Shown piece by piece: positions 56,545-64,000 of a DNA stretch of 64,000 nt. The stretch spans positions 182-64,181 of the forward strand of contig VGEN01000005.1 in assembly GCA_016869285.1 (NCBI GenBank). Reading direction: 5' to 3'. Source of the stretch: Alphaproteobacteria bacterium. Lineage in GTDB: Bacteria > Pseudomonadota > Alphaproteobacteria > SHVZ01. Made by a program: the position numbers and the translations under genes. The notes below the pieces were generated by a model. The model saw only the letters and a program-made list of their open reading frames with translations, made no database searches and was not told where the DNA came from. The first letter of the stretch is position 1, and every line of letters begins with the position of its first letter.

Positions 56545-57936
56545 ATGGATCGCTGGCTTGGCGCCGCCCTCGACTATGTGCCGAAGTGGATCGACCACCA
56601 GATGCGGCTATCGGAGCAGCCCGGCTGCGTGATCGCCGTCGCCCAGAAGGGGCGGGTGCTGCTGGAGCGCGCCTATGGCTATGCCGATCAGGCGCGCGGC
56701 ACGCCGTTGACGCCGCGGCATCGCTACCGCGTCGCCTCGCACTCCAAGAGCTTCACCTCGGCCGGGATCATGAAGCTGCGCGAGCAGGGCAAGCTCCGGC
56801 TTGACGATCCCGCCGGCCGCCATGTCGAGGGCCTGCATCCGGAGATCGCCAAGGCGACGCTGGCGCAGCTCCTGTCGCACACCAGCGGCATCATCCGCGA
56901 CGGCACCGATGCAGGCCAGTGGACGGAGCGCCGATCGTTCAAGAACGAGGCCGAGCTTCGCGTCGATCTCGGCGAGGCGCCGATCATCGAACGCAGCACC
57001 CGCTACAAGTACTCGAACCATGGCTTCGGCCTTCTCGGTCTCGTCATCGGGTCGGTGACGGGCGAGACCTACAACAAGTGGATCAAGCGCGAGATCGTCG
57101 ACGCCGTCGGCCTCGAGGAGACGCAGCCGGACGTTCCACTCAAGCGCTCGACGCCCTTCGCGCGCGGCCATTCGGCCACGCTGCCGGTCGGCGAACGGCT
57201 GGTCATCCCCGGCACCAACTCGACCCACGCGCTGGCGCCGGCAGCCGGCTTCATCAGCACCGCCGCCGATCTCGCCCGCTTCTTCAACCAGCTTGCGCCG
57301 CGTGCCAGGAAGAGCGTGCTGTCGGCTTCCAGCCGGCGCGAGATGGTGCGCGGTCAGTGGCGTATCCCGCACGTCCCTGCCGAGCTTTACTACGGGCTCG
57401 GCGTCCGCAGCGGCAGCACCGGCGATTGGCCGTGGTTCGGCCATTCCGGCGGCTTCCAGGGCTATGTCACGCATACGGGAACCTACGCACCGCACGACAT
57501 CACCGTCTCATGCCTGACCAACGCCGCCGATGGCCGCGCCGTCACCTGGGTTCAGGGTACCATCCACATTCTCCGCCATTTCGCCAGGTACGGCGCCCCG
57601 TCGCGCCGGCTCGCGGATTGGAGCGGCCGCTGGTGGAGCCTCTGGGGCGCCTTCGACCTTCTGCCCATCGGCGAGCGCGTCGTCGTCGTCAACCCCGGCA
57701 TGGCCGACGGCTTCCCCGACGCCTTCAAGGATGCGACCGAGTTCGAGGTCACCGGGCGCGACCGCGGCCGCATCGTGCTTGCCGCCGGCGGCGCCAGCTA
57801 CGGCGAGAGCGTCAGCCGGAAGCGCAATGCGAGCGGCCGTGTCACCGAGATCATGCTCGCCGGCAACAAGTACCTGCCCGAGGCCAAGGTGGTGGCCGAG
57901 ATGCAGGCGCGCTACGGTAAACGGAAGACGCGCTAA
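56545..57936 (+). CDS. Serine hydrolase, beta-lactamase class C / D-aminopeptidase fold
   Basis: SHSK (SxxK), LLSHTSG, YKYSN (YxN), GHSGG; no signal peptide. Confidence 0.9.
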   Translation: MDRWLGAALDYVPKWIDHQMRLSEQPGCVIAVAQKGRVLLERAYGYADQARGTPLTPRHRYRVASHSKSFTSAGIMKLREQGKLRLDDPAGRHVEGLHPEIAKATLAQLLSHTSGIIRDGTDAGQWTERRSFKNEAELRVDLGEAPIIERSTRYKYSNHGFGLLGLVIGSVTGETYNKWIKREIVDAVGLEETQPDVPLKRSTPFARGHSATLPVGERLVIPGTNSTHALAPAAGFISTAADLARFFNQLAPRARKSVLSASSRREMVRGQWRIPHVPAELYYGLGVRSGSTGDWPWFGHSGGFQGYVTHTGTYAPHDITVSCLTNAADGRAVTWVQGTIHILRHFARYGAPSRRLADWSGRWWSLWGAFDLLPIGERVVVVNPGMADGFPDAFKDATEFEVTGRDRGRIVLAAGGASYGESVSRKRNASGRVTEIMLAGNKYLPEAKVVAEMQARYGKRKTR

Positions 57937-58937
57937 ACACGCTCCGCCATCGCCTGAGCCGTAAGCGCGAGTTCCGTAGCGCGGAAGCAATGCGCCTGCG
58001 ATATCGCGGTTTCGGTGCGGTTCTGGATGTCGTCGAGGAGCTGGCGGCCGTAAGGCGGCGCGATGCCGGAGCAGTCGATGCGCTGCACGCCCTTGCCGTC
58101 GACGAGGAAGAGGTGATCGCCGCCCGGCGCTCCGCCGATATCCAGGTTCTTCCGTAGCTCCATGTAGCCCTCGGTGCCCATCAGCGTGAGCCGCCCGTCA
58201 CCCCAAGTGGGCAAGCCGTCGGGGGTGAGCCAGTCGACGCGGACATAGCCGGTGGCGTCATGCGTGCGCAACAGGATCTCGCCGAAATCCTGGAAGCTCG
58301 GGAACTCTGGGCTCGCGCGGTTGGCGACGCTGGCCGAGACGATCTCGGCATCCGACCCGCCGGTGAAGAAAAGGAACTGCTCGCATGCATGCGAGGCGAT
58401 GTCGGTCAGGATGCCGCCGAATGTTGAGCGCCGGAAGAACCAGTCGGGACGCCGGTCGCGGTTGCGGCGATGCGGCCCGAGCGAAACCGAATTGACGAGC
58501 CGGCCGATGGCGCCGGCCTGCAGCAGCTCTCCCGCCTTGATCGTCGCCGGAGACTGGAGCCGCCCGTAGCAGATCGAGTAGATGCGGCCGGTCTCCGCCT
58601 GAACCTTGCGGACCTCAGCGAGCTGGTCGAGCGAGGTGATGCCGGGCTTGTCGACCATGAAATCCTTGCCGTGTCGCATGACCTCGATCCCCAGCGGGGC
58701 GCGCTCGCTGTTGACCGCGGCGCTCAAGACCAACGCGATGCTGCCGTCCTCGAGGATGCGGCGCCGATCCTCCACCTTCTTCGCCTGAGGGTAGGTCGCC
58801 GCAAAGGGTTTCTTGAAGAACTGCTCCTCGGTGCCGCAATAGGCGACGAACTCGCAGCCCAGCTTCAGCATCAACTCGATCTGGGCGTGGATGTGGAAAT
58901 GATCGAGGCCGATCGCCGCGAACCTCACCGGCTTCAT
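57933..58937 (-). CDS. Gfo/Idh/MocA-family oxidoreductase
   Basis: FAAIGLDHFHI, KDFMVDKPG, GGILTDIASH, VDWLTPDGLPTWGDGR. Confidence 0.9.
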   Translation of the reverse strand: MKPVRFAAIGLDHFHIHAQIELMLKLGCEFVAYCGTEEQFFKKPFAATYPQAKKVEDRRRILEDGSIALVLSAAVNSERAPLGIEVMRHGKDFMVDKPGITSLDQLAEVRKVQAETGRIYSICYGRLQSPATIKAGELLQAGAIGRLVNSVSLGPHRRNRDRRPDWFFRRSTFGGILTDIASHACEQFLFFTGGSDAEIVSASVANRASPEFPSFQDFGEILLRTHDATGYVRVDWLTPDGLPTWGDGRLTLMGTEGYMELRKNLDIGGAPGGDHLFLVDGKGVQRIDCSGIAPPYGRQLLDDIQNRTETAISQAHCFRATELALTAQAMAERV

Positions 58938-59014
58938 CGCATCGGGCTCCGAATCCTCTTGGCGGCCAGCGCCGGGCTGCCGATGATAGGCATAACGCAA
59001 CGCGGAGGGCGAAC

Positions 59015-59425
59015 ATGCCACGCGCCCGCGCCGCCACGGCGCGCAAGCCGGCATCGCCGGAACGTCGTACCACGGTGAGCCATGCCGAGGGGGCTGCCTT
59101 CGATGGCGGGCTTCGCGCCTTCTTCGCCTATCGCGAACTCGGTATCGCCAAGGCCAGCGGCGGCGGCTTCATGGCGCATGTGATCCGCGCGATCCCCGGC
59201 AAGCATGCCGAGCCCAAATGGCATCGCCATCATCTCGACTTCCAGATGGTCTTCGTCACGCGCGGCTGGGTCCGCTTCGAATACGAGGATATCGGCGAGG
59301 TGATGCTGAAGCCCGGCGACAGCGTCTACCAGCCGCCGATGATCCGCCATCGCGAGCTCGCCCATTCCGAGGATCTCGAGCTGGTCGAGATCACCTCGCC
59401 CGCCGCGTTCGAAACCACCGACTAG
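59015..59425 (+). CDS. Cupin-domain protein
   Basis: WHRHHLDFQMVFVTRGWVRF..PGDSVYQPP.IRHRE metal-binding cupin motifs. Confidence 0.88.
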   Translation: MPRARAATARKPASPERRTTVSHAEGAAFDGGLRAFFAYRELGIAKASGGGFMAHVIRAIPGKHAEPKWHRHHLDFQMVFVTRGWVRFEYEDIGEVMLKPGDSVYQPPMIRHRELAHSEDLELVEITSPAAFETTD

Positions 59426-59561
59426 CCGCCACCCACGGTCTCGTGAATGCGCCGCCGGTGCGGGCCAAATCCGCGCCTGCTATGGTTCCTCGTCCCTGGG
59501 GGCAGAGCGGAAGAACCTAGGCTTCACGCTCGGCGTAGGCCGATCACCGGAGGAAACCAGA

Positions 59562-60473
59562 ATGACCGATCAGATGTATGTGGAACAGCCCGAGACGGTG
59601 ACCCAGAGCCGGATCGACCAGCGCGTGTTCGACCTCTATGACGAGTACTGCCACGGCCGCATCGACCGGCGCACCTTCTTCGCGCGCGCCGCGGCGGTCA
59701 CCGTCGGCGGCCTCGCCATGGCGCAGGCGCTGATGCCGAACTACGCCAAGGCGCAGATGGTTCAGTTCACCGACACCCGCATCAAGGCGAGCTATGTCAG
59801 CTACCCCTCGCCGGGCGGCACCTCGGATCAGATGAAGGGCTATCTCGTGCGGCCGACCGCCGGCAACGGTCCGTACGGCGCCGTGCTGGTCGTGCACGAG
59901 AACCGCGGCCTCAACCCCTATATTGAGGACACGGCCCGCGCCGCCGCGGTCGCCGGCTTCTTGGCACTGGCGCCGGACGGGCTCTCGCCGGTCGGCGGGT
60001 ATCCGGGCAATGACGACGACGGCCGCGAGATGCAGGCCAAGCTCGAGCAACCCAAGCTCCGCACCGACATGCTGAACAGCGCCAAGTTCCTGAAGGCGCA
60101 TGCGCTCTCGAACGGCAAGCTCGGCGTCACCGGCTTCTGCTGGGGCGGCGGCACCACCAACTGGCTCGCGGCAACAATGGGCGCCGACATGCAGGCCGGC
60201 GCTCCTTATTATGGCGTCGTCGCCGCGGCCGATCTGGTGAAGGACGTCCGTGCGCCGCTGCTGGTCCACCTCGCCGAGACCGACCCGAACATCAACCCGG
60301 GCTACCCTGCCTATGAGGCGGCGCTGAAGGCCGCCGGCAGGTCGATCGAGGTCCACACCTATCCGGGTACGCAGCACGGCTTCCACAACACCTCGACGCC
60401 CCGCTACAACGAAGCGGCGGCGAAGCTCTCCTGGGAGCGCACCGTCGCGCACTTCAAGAAGCATCTCGCCTAG
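59562..60473 (+). CDS. Dienelactone hydrolase family, YghX-like, Tat-exported
   Basis: LYDEYCHG.IDRRTFF (Tat), HENRGLNP, GFCWGG, AETD, QHGFHN. Confidence 0.92.
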   Translation: MTDQMYVEQPETVTQSRIDQRVFDLYDEYCHGRIDRRTFFARAAAVTVGGLAMAQALMPNYAKAQMVQFTDTRIKASYVSYPSPGGTSDQMKGYLVRPTAGNGPYGAVLVVHENRGLNPYIEDTARAAAVAGFLALAPDGLSPVGGYPGNDDDGREMQAKLEQPKLRTDMLNSAKFLKAHALSNGKLGVTGFCWGGGTTNWLAATMGADMQAGAPYYGVVAAADLVKDVRAPLLVHLAETDPNINPGYPAYEAALKAAGRSIEVHTYPGTQHGFHNTSTPRYNEAAAKLSWERTVAHFKKHLA

Positions 60474-60498
60474 AGTCTAGCGTTCGACGCCTCATCCC

Positions 60499-60638
60499 CC
60501 CTCTCCCGCCGAGGGCGAGGGAGGGTCGGGGTGGGGGCCGGCACGAATCGCCGGTAGGCCTTCACTTCCAACTCGGTTCCCTCGCTCCGCTCGGGTCCCC
60601 ACCCTGCCCTCCCCGTCTGCATCGCAGCCGGGAGAGGG
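60499..60638. repeat. REP/RIME-like palindromic element (family A, copy 2)
   Basis: Shares GGAGGGT(T/C)GGGGTGGGGGCCG and CCCTCGCT(T/C)CGCTCGGG(C/T)CCCCACCCTGCCCTCCCC with 280-430. Confidence 0.8.
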
Positions 60639-60664
60639 TTCCGCATTTCAGAAGAGGTTGAACC

Positions 60665-61579
60665 ATGCCGCTCGCGCCCGAAGCCGCCGCCGGAAAACCG
60701 CGCTGGACCGGCTATGTCGAGCCGGAACCGGGCTTGAGGCTTCCTTGCACGATCATCCGCGGCCGCGTACCCGGCCCGAAGTTGCTGATCACCGCCGGCG
60801 TGCACGGCGCCGAATACACCTCGATCGAAGCGGCACGAAGGCTCTGCGCGCTGGCGCCGGATAGTTTCGCCGGCGAGCTCACCATTCTGCTGATCCTCAA
60901 TATCGGCGCCTTGTTTCAGCATCGCGCCTTCCACAACCCGTCCGACGGCAAGAACGTGAATCGCGTCTTCCCCGGCGATCCCAAGGGCACCGCCAGCGAC
61001 CGGCTCGCGCACTGGGCGGTAAGCGAGGCGATGAGCGGCATGGACGCCTATGTCGACCTCCATGGCGGCGACATCGTCGAGGCGCTGATCCCTTTCTCGA
61101 TCTATCCGGCATCGAGCGCACGCGGCCGCGACCTCGCGCTCGCCTGCGGGCTCTCCTTCGCCGCCGCCAGCACCAAGCGCGGCCACAGCTACGGCGCCGC
61201 CGCCGATCTCGGCATCCCCGCGGTGCTGCTAGAGTCCGGGCAGAACGGGCTGATGACGGAAGAGACCGTTCGTCTGCTCGAAACCGGCGTGAAGAACATC
61301 ATGGCCGAGCTCGGCATGATGGCGAAATCGAACCGCCCGGCAGGACCCGCGCCGCGGCTCTGCCGCATGGAAGTGGCAATGGCACCCGAAGCCGGCTACT
61401 GGCATGTCGAGACCAGGCCGGGCGCCGATGTCGTGAAGGGCCAGCGCGTCGGCATGATCCGCGACCTGATCGGCGAATGGGAGAAGCCGGTCCTGGCCGA
61501 GCACACCGGCCCGGTGCTCTACAACCTCACCAGCCTCGCGGTGAACAAGGGCCAGGCGCTGATCGGCATCGCGGTGTAG
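60665..61579 (+). CDS. Succinylglutamate desuccinylase / aspartoacylase (M14) family
   Basis: GVHGAEY, NVNRVFPG, VDLHGG, LESG, C-terminal biotinyl-lipoyl-like domain. Confidence 0.9.
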   Translation: MPLAPEAAAGKPRWTGYVEPEPGLRLPCTIIRGRVPGPKLLITAGVHGAEYTSIEAARRLCALAPDSFAGELTILLILNIGALFQHRAFHNPSDGKNVNRVFPGDPKGTASDRLAHWAVSEAMSGMDAYVDLHGGDIVEALIPFSIYPASSARGRDLALACGLSFAAASTKRGHSYGAAADLGIPAVLLESGQNGLMTEETVRLLETGVKNIMAELGMMAKSNRPAGPAPRLCRMEVAMAPEAGYWHVETRPGADVVKGQRVGMIRDLIGEWEKPVLAEHTGPVLYNLTSLAVNKGQALIGIAV

Positions 61580-61582
61580 CGT

Positions 61583-63247
61583 TCAGGCGAACTCACGCTC
61601 GATTGCAACCTCGATCAGGCTCGGGCCGTCCTTGGCGAGCCCGGCCTTGATGAGATCCGCGGCCTCCGCGACCGTGCGCGCGCTCTCGGCCTGGACGCCG
61701 AGGGATCGCGCCATGCCGACGAAGTCGATCGCCGGCTTGTCGAGCTCCATGCCGACGTAGCGGCCGCTCTGCGCCGCGTGCCCGCGCAGGTTCTGCACGC
61801 GCTGCTTCAGGATTCGGTACGAGGCGTTGTTGAGGATGACGAAGACCACCGCGACCTTCTGGTTCGCCGCGGTCCACAACGCCTGGATCGTGTACATGGC
61901 GCTGCCATCGCCGATCAGCGCAACGACGGGCCGCTGCGGCAAGGCTAGCTTGACGCCGATCGCCGCCGGCAGGCCCCAGCCGATACCGCCGCCGCGAAGA
62001 CCGTAGAAGCTCTGCGGATCGTCGCTCCGGATGAGCTGGCGCATGCCGGTGCCGGAGGAGAGCGCCTCCTCGACCACGACCGCATCATTCGGCAGCAAAT
62101 CGGCGATCGCCTGCAACAGCGCCAGCGGCTTGATCGGACTCGCACTTGCCCCCGCCTCGGCGCGCTTGCGCAGCCCCTGCCGCTCCGCCAGCGTCGCCGC
62201 GCTCGTCGCCTCGAAGCGCCTGCGACCTTCGGCGCGCGCCTCGACCGACATCGCGCCCTCTATTGCAGCCGTCAACTCCGGCAGGCTCGCTTTCGGGTCG
62301 GCTAGGATCGCGACCGAGGTCGCGAAGTTCTTGCCGAGCTCCCACGGATCGATGTCGAGATGCACGATCGGCAGGCCGGGCGGAACCGGAACGATCTCCG
62401 AGGGCAGCGACTGCGTGAAAAGATCGCCGCCGACCGAGAGCAGCAGGTCGTGGCGGTCGAGCACCTGGCGGATCTGCGGCGCCAGCCGCACCAGCGCGCC
62501 GCGGAAGAGCGGATGCGAGGCCGGAAACGAGGCGGTATTGGCGACCCCCTCGGCATAGACCGGAGCGCCGATCAGCTCGGCCAAGCCGACCAGCTCGGCA
62601 TGGGCGCGGCTCTGCGCCACGGCATCGCCGGCGACGATCACCGGTCGCTCGGACTTGGCAAGCAGAGCCGCCGCGGCCTCGATCGCCTCGCGGTCGCCGC
62701 GCAGCCTGGGCGCCACGCGCGTCGGCGTCGAGAGATCGACCTCGCCCTCCGCCATCAGGATGTCGCCGGGCAGCGACAGGAAGACCGGCCCGGTCGGCGG
62801 CGCCAGCGCGGTCTTGGCGGCGCGATGCACCATCCGTGGCAGGTCGGCCAGGCGATGGACCTCGGCGGCCCATTTGACCAGCGGCCGCGCCAGGGTCGGA
62901 AGGTCGGCCCAGAGGATCGGCTCGGTGACGTTGAAACCCTGCTCGTGCTGACCGGCCGTGACCAGCACCGGCGCCGCGCTCTTCTGCGCGTCGTAGAGCA
63001 TGCCCATGGCGTTGCCGAGGCCGGGGGCGACATGAAGATTGACCACGGCGAGACGGCCGGAGGCTTGCGCGTAGCCGTCGGCCATCGCCATCACGGCCGC
63101 CTCCGACAGGCCGAGCACGTAGCGGATGCCGTCATCGACGGCGAGCGCATCCATCAGCGGCAGCTCCGTCGTTCCCGGATTGCCAAAAAGGATGTCGACG
63201 TCTTCCTGCTTCAGGAGCTCGAGGAAGGCCCGCCGCCCCGTGATCAC
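61583..63247 (-). CDS. Thiamine-diphosphate-dependent enzyme, benzoylformate decarboxylase (MdlC)-like
   Basis: [38 protein letters not shown] ThDP motif. GTG start at 63247 overlaps the metA stop. Confidence 0.88.
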   Translation of the reverse strand: MITGRRAFLELLKQEDVDILFGNPGTTELPLMDALAVDDGIRYVLGLSEAAVMAMADGYAQASGRLAVVNLHVAPGLGNAMGMLYDAQKSAAPVLVTAGQHEQGFNVTEPILWADLPTLARPLVKWAAEVHRLADLPRMVHRAAKTALAPPTGPVFLSLPGDILMAEGEVDLSTPTRVAPRLRGDREAIEAAAALLAKSERPVIVAGDAVAQSRAHAELVGLAELIGAPVYAEGVANTASFPASHPLFRGALVRLAPQIRQVLDRHDLLLSVGGDLFTQSLPSEIVPVPPGLPIVHLDIDPWELGKNFATSVAILADPKASLPELTAAIEGAMSVEARAEGRRRFEATSAATLAERQGLRKRAEAGASASPIKPLALLQAIADLLPNDAVVVEEALSSGTGMRQLIRSDDPQSFYGLRGGGIGWGLPAAIGVKLALPQRPVVALIGDGSAMYTIQALWTAANQKVAVVFVILNNASYRILKQRVQNLRGHAAQSGRYVGMELDKPAIDFVGMARSLGVQAESARTVAEAADLIKAGLAKDGPSLIEVAIEREFA

Positions 63248-64000
63248 GTCTGCCCGATCTTGGCGATGTCGAAGGGCGTGGTCTGGTAGAGGTGGTTGAT
63301 CCAGTTGCCGAACAGAAGATGCGCGTGGCTGCGCCAGCGGTTCTCGGGAGGCTTGCTGGGATCGTCGCCGGGGAAATAGTTGCGCGGCAGCGCGATCGGC
63401 GTCTGCGCGGCGATGTCGCGGAAATACTCGTCGCCGAGCGAGCTCGAGTCGTATTCGATGTGGTTGAACATGTGTAGCGCGCGATGCGCCGGGTCGTCGA
63501 TCATGCAGAGTCCGGCCTCGTCCGACTCCATCAGCACGGTCATGCCGGTGCCCTTCGGGATGTCCTCGCTCCGGCACTCGGTCCAGCGCGACACCGGGAT
63601 CTGGAAGTCGTCGGAGAAACCGCGGAGAAACGGCGAGGCCGGCGCCAGGTTGCGGTGGCGGTAGACGCCGAAGGCCTTCGCCGGCAGCGGGTACTTGGGC
63701 ATGCCGTAGAAGTGATGCACGGCCGCCTGCGCGCCCCAGCAGACATTGAAGGTCCCGTGCACATGCGTCAGGGTCCAGTCGAAGAGGCGGCGGAGCTCAT
63801 CCCAGTAGGTCACTTCCTCGAACGGCATCTGCTCGACCGGGGCGCCGGTGACGATGAAGCCGTCGAAGCGCTCACGCCGCACATCCTCCCAGTCGCGGTA
63901 GAAGGAGATGATATGGTCGTTCGGCGTGTTGCGCGCGACGTGATGGGTCATCTTGACCAGGGTCAGCTCGACCTGCAGCGGCGTCGCCCCGAGCAATCGG
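63244..64000 (-). CDS. metA: Homoserine O-acyltransferase (MetA family, likely acetyl-specific), 5' part off the window
   Basis: [27 protein letters not shown] (Cys), HIEYD (His). Glu in GAPVE is the known acetyl-CoA determinant, versus Gly in E. coli succinyltransferase. Confidence 0.93.
   Translation of the reverse strand, partial: RLLGATPLQVELTLVKMTHHVARNTPNDHIISFYRDWEDVRRERFDGFIVTGAPVEQMPFEEVTYWDELRRLFDWTLTHVHGTFNVCWGAQAAVHHFYGMPKYPLPAKAFGVYRHRNLAPASPFLRGFSDDFQIPVSRWTECRSEDIPKGTGMTVLMESDEAGLCMIDDPAHRALHMFNHIEYDSSSLGDEYFRDIAAQTPIALPRNYFPGDDPSKPPENRWRSHAHLLFGNWINHLYQTTPFDIAKIGQT

Noticed and set aside
53410-57936. Possible microcystin-degradation (mlr) cluster
   Set aside because: MlrC-like and MlrB-fold genes are present, but no MlrA (CPBP/Abi-family) or MlrD transporter, and both families are broad.
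56545-57936. Beta-lactamase resistance gene
   Set aside because: The fold motifs are present, but it lacks a signal peptide and sits in a catabolic operon. There is no support for resistance.

Overview
High-GC (alphaproteobacterial-looking) gene-dense catabolic region with about 55 CDSs. No rRNA, tRNA or CRISPR was seen. Left to right: the start of an IS30-family element that the ORF track missed; a GlxA-type regulator with a Dpp/Opp ABC transporter, two atypical gamma-glutamyltransferase-family enzymes, a SoxB/DAO-like oxidoreductase and an MmgE/PrpD protein; an unannotated 49-aa membrane ORF; a chimeric mannonate-dehydratase::ABC-ATPase remnant with a frameshift; pcaHGBC-ubiX; hcxB; oxidoreductases; an amidase; tandem-duplicated family-5 solute-binding proteins with pip and a ceramidase-like hydrolase; a TetR/acyl-CoA ligase/Liv-type ABC module with visible operators; an M20 peptidase; a dienelactone hydrolase with a DUF6295-like partner; a divergent hydantoinase A/B versus CocE-CocE-MlrC-AtzG-like-amidase-serine hydrolase cluster; a ThDP enzyme coupled to metA. 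Several REP-like palindromic elements lie between genes. The dominant theme is C-N (amide, peptide, lactam) bond hydrolysis by many unrelated folds. Start codons were re-picked by hand where the ORF track over-extends. All family calls come from motif recognition, not database searches.
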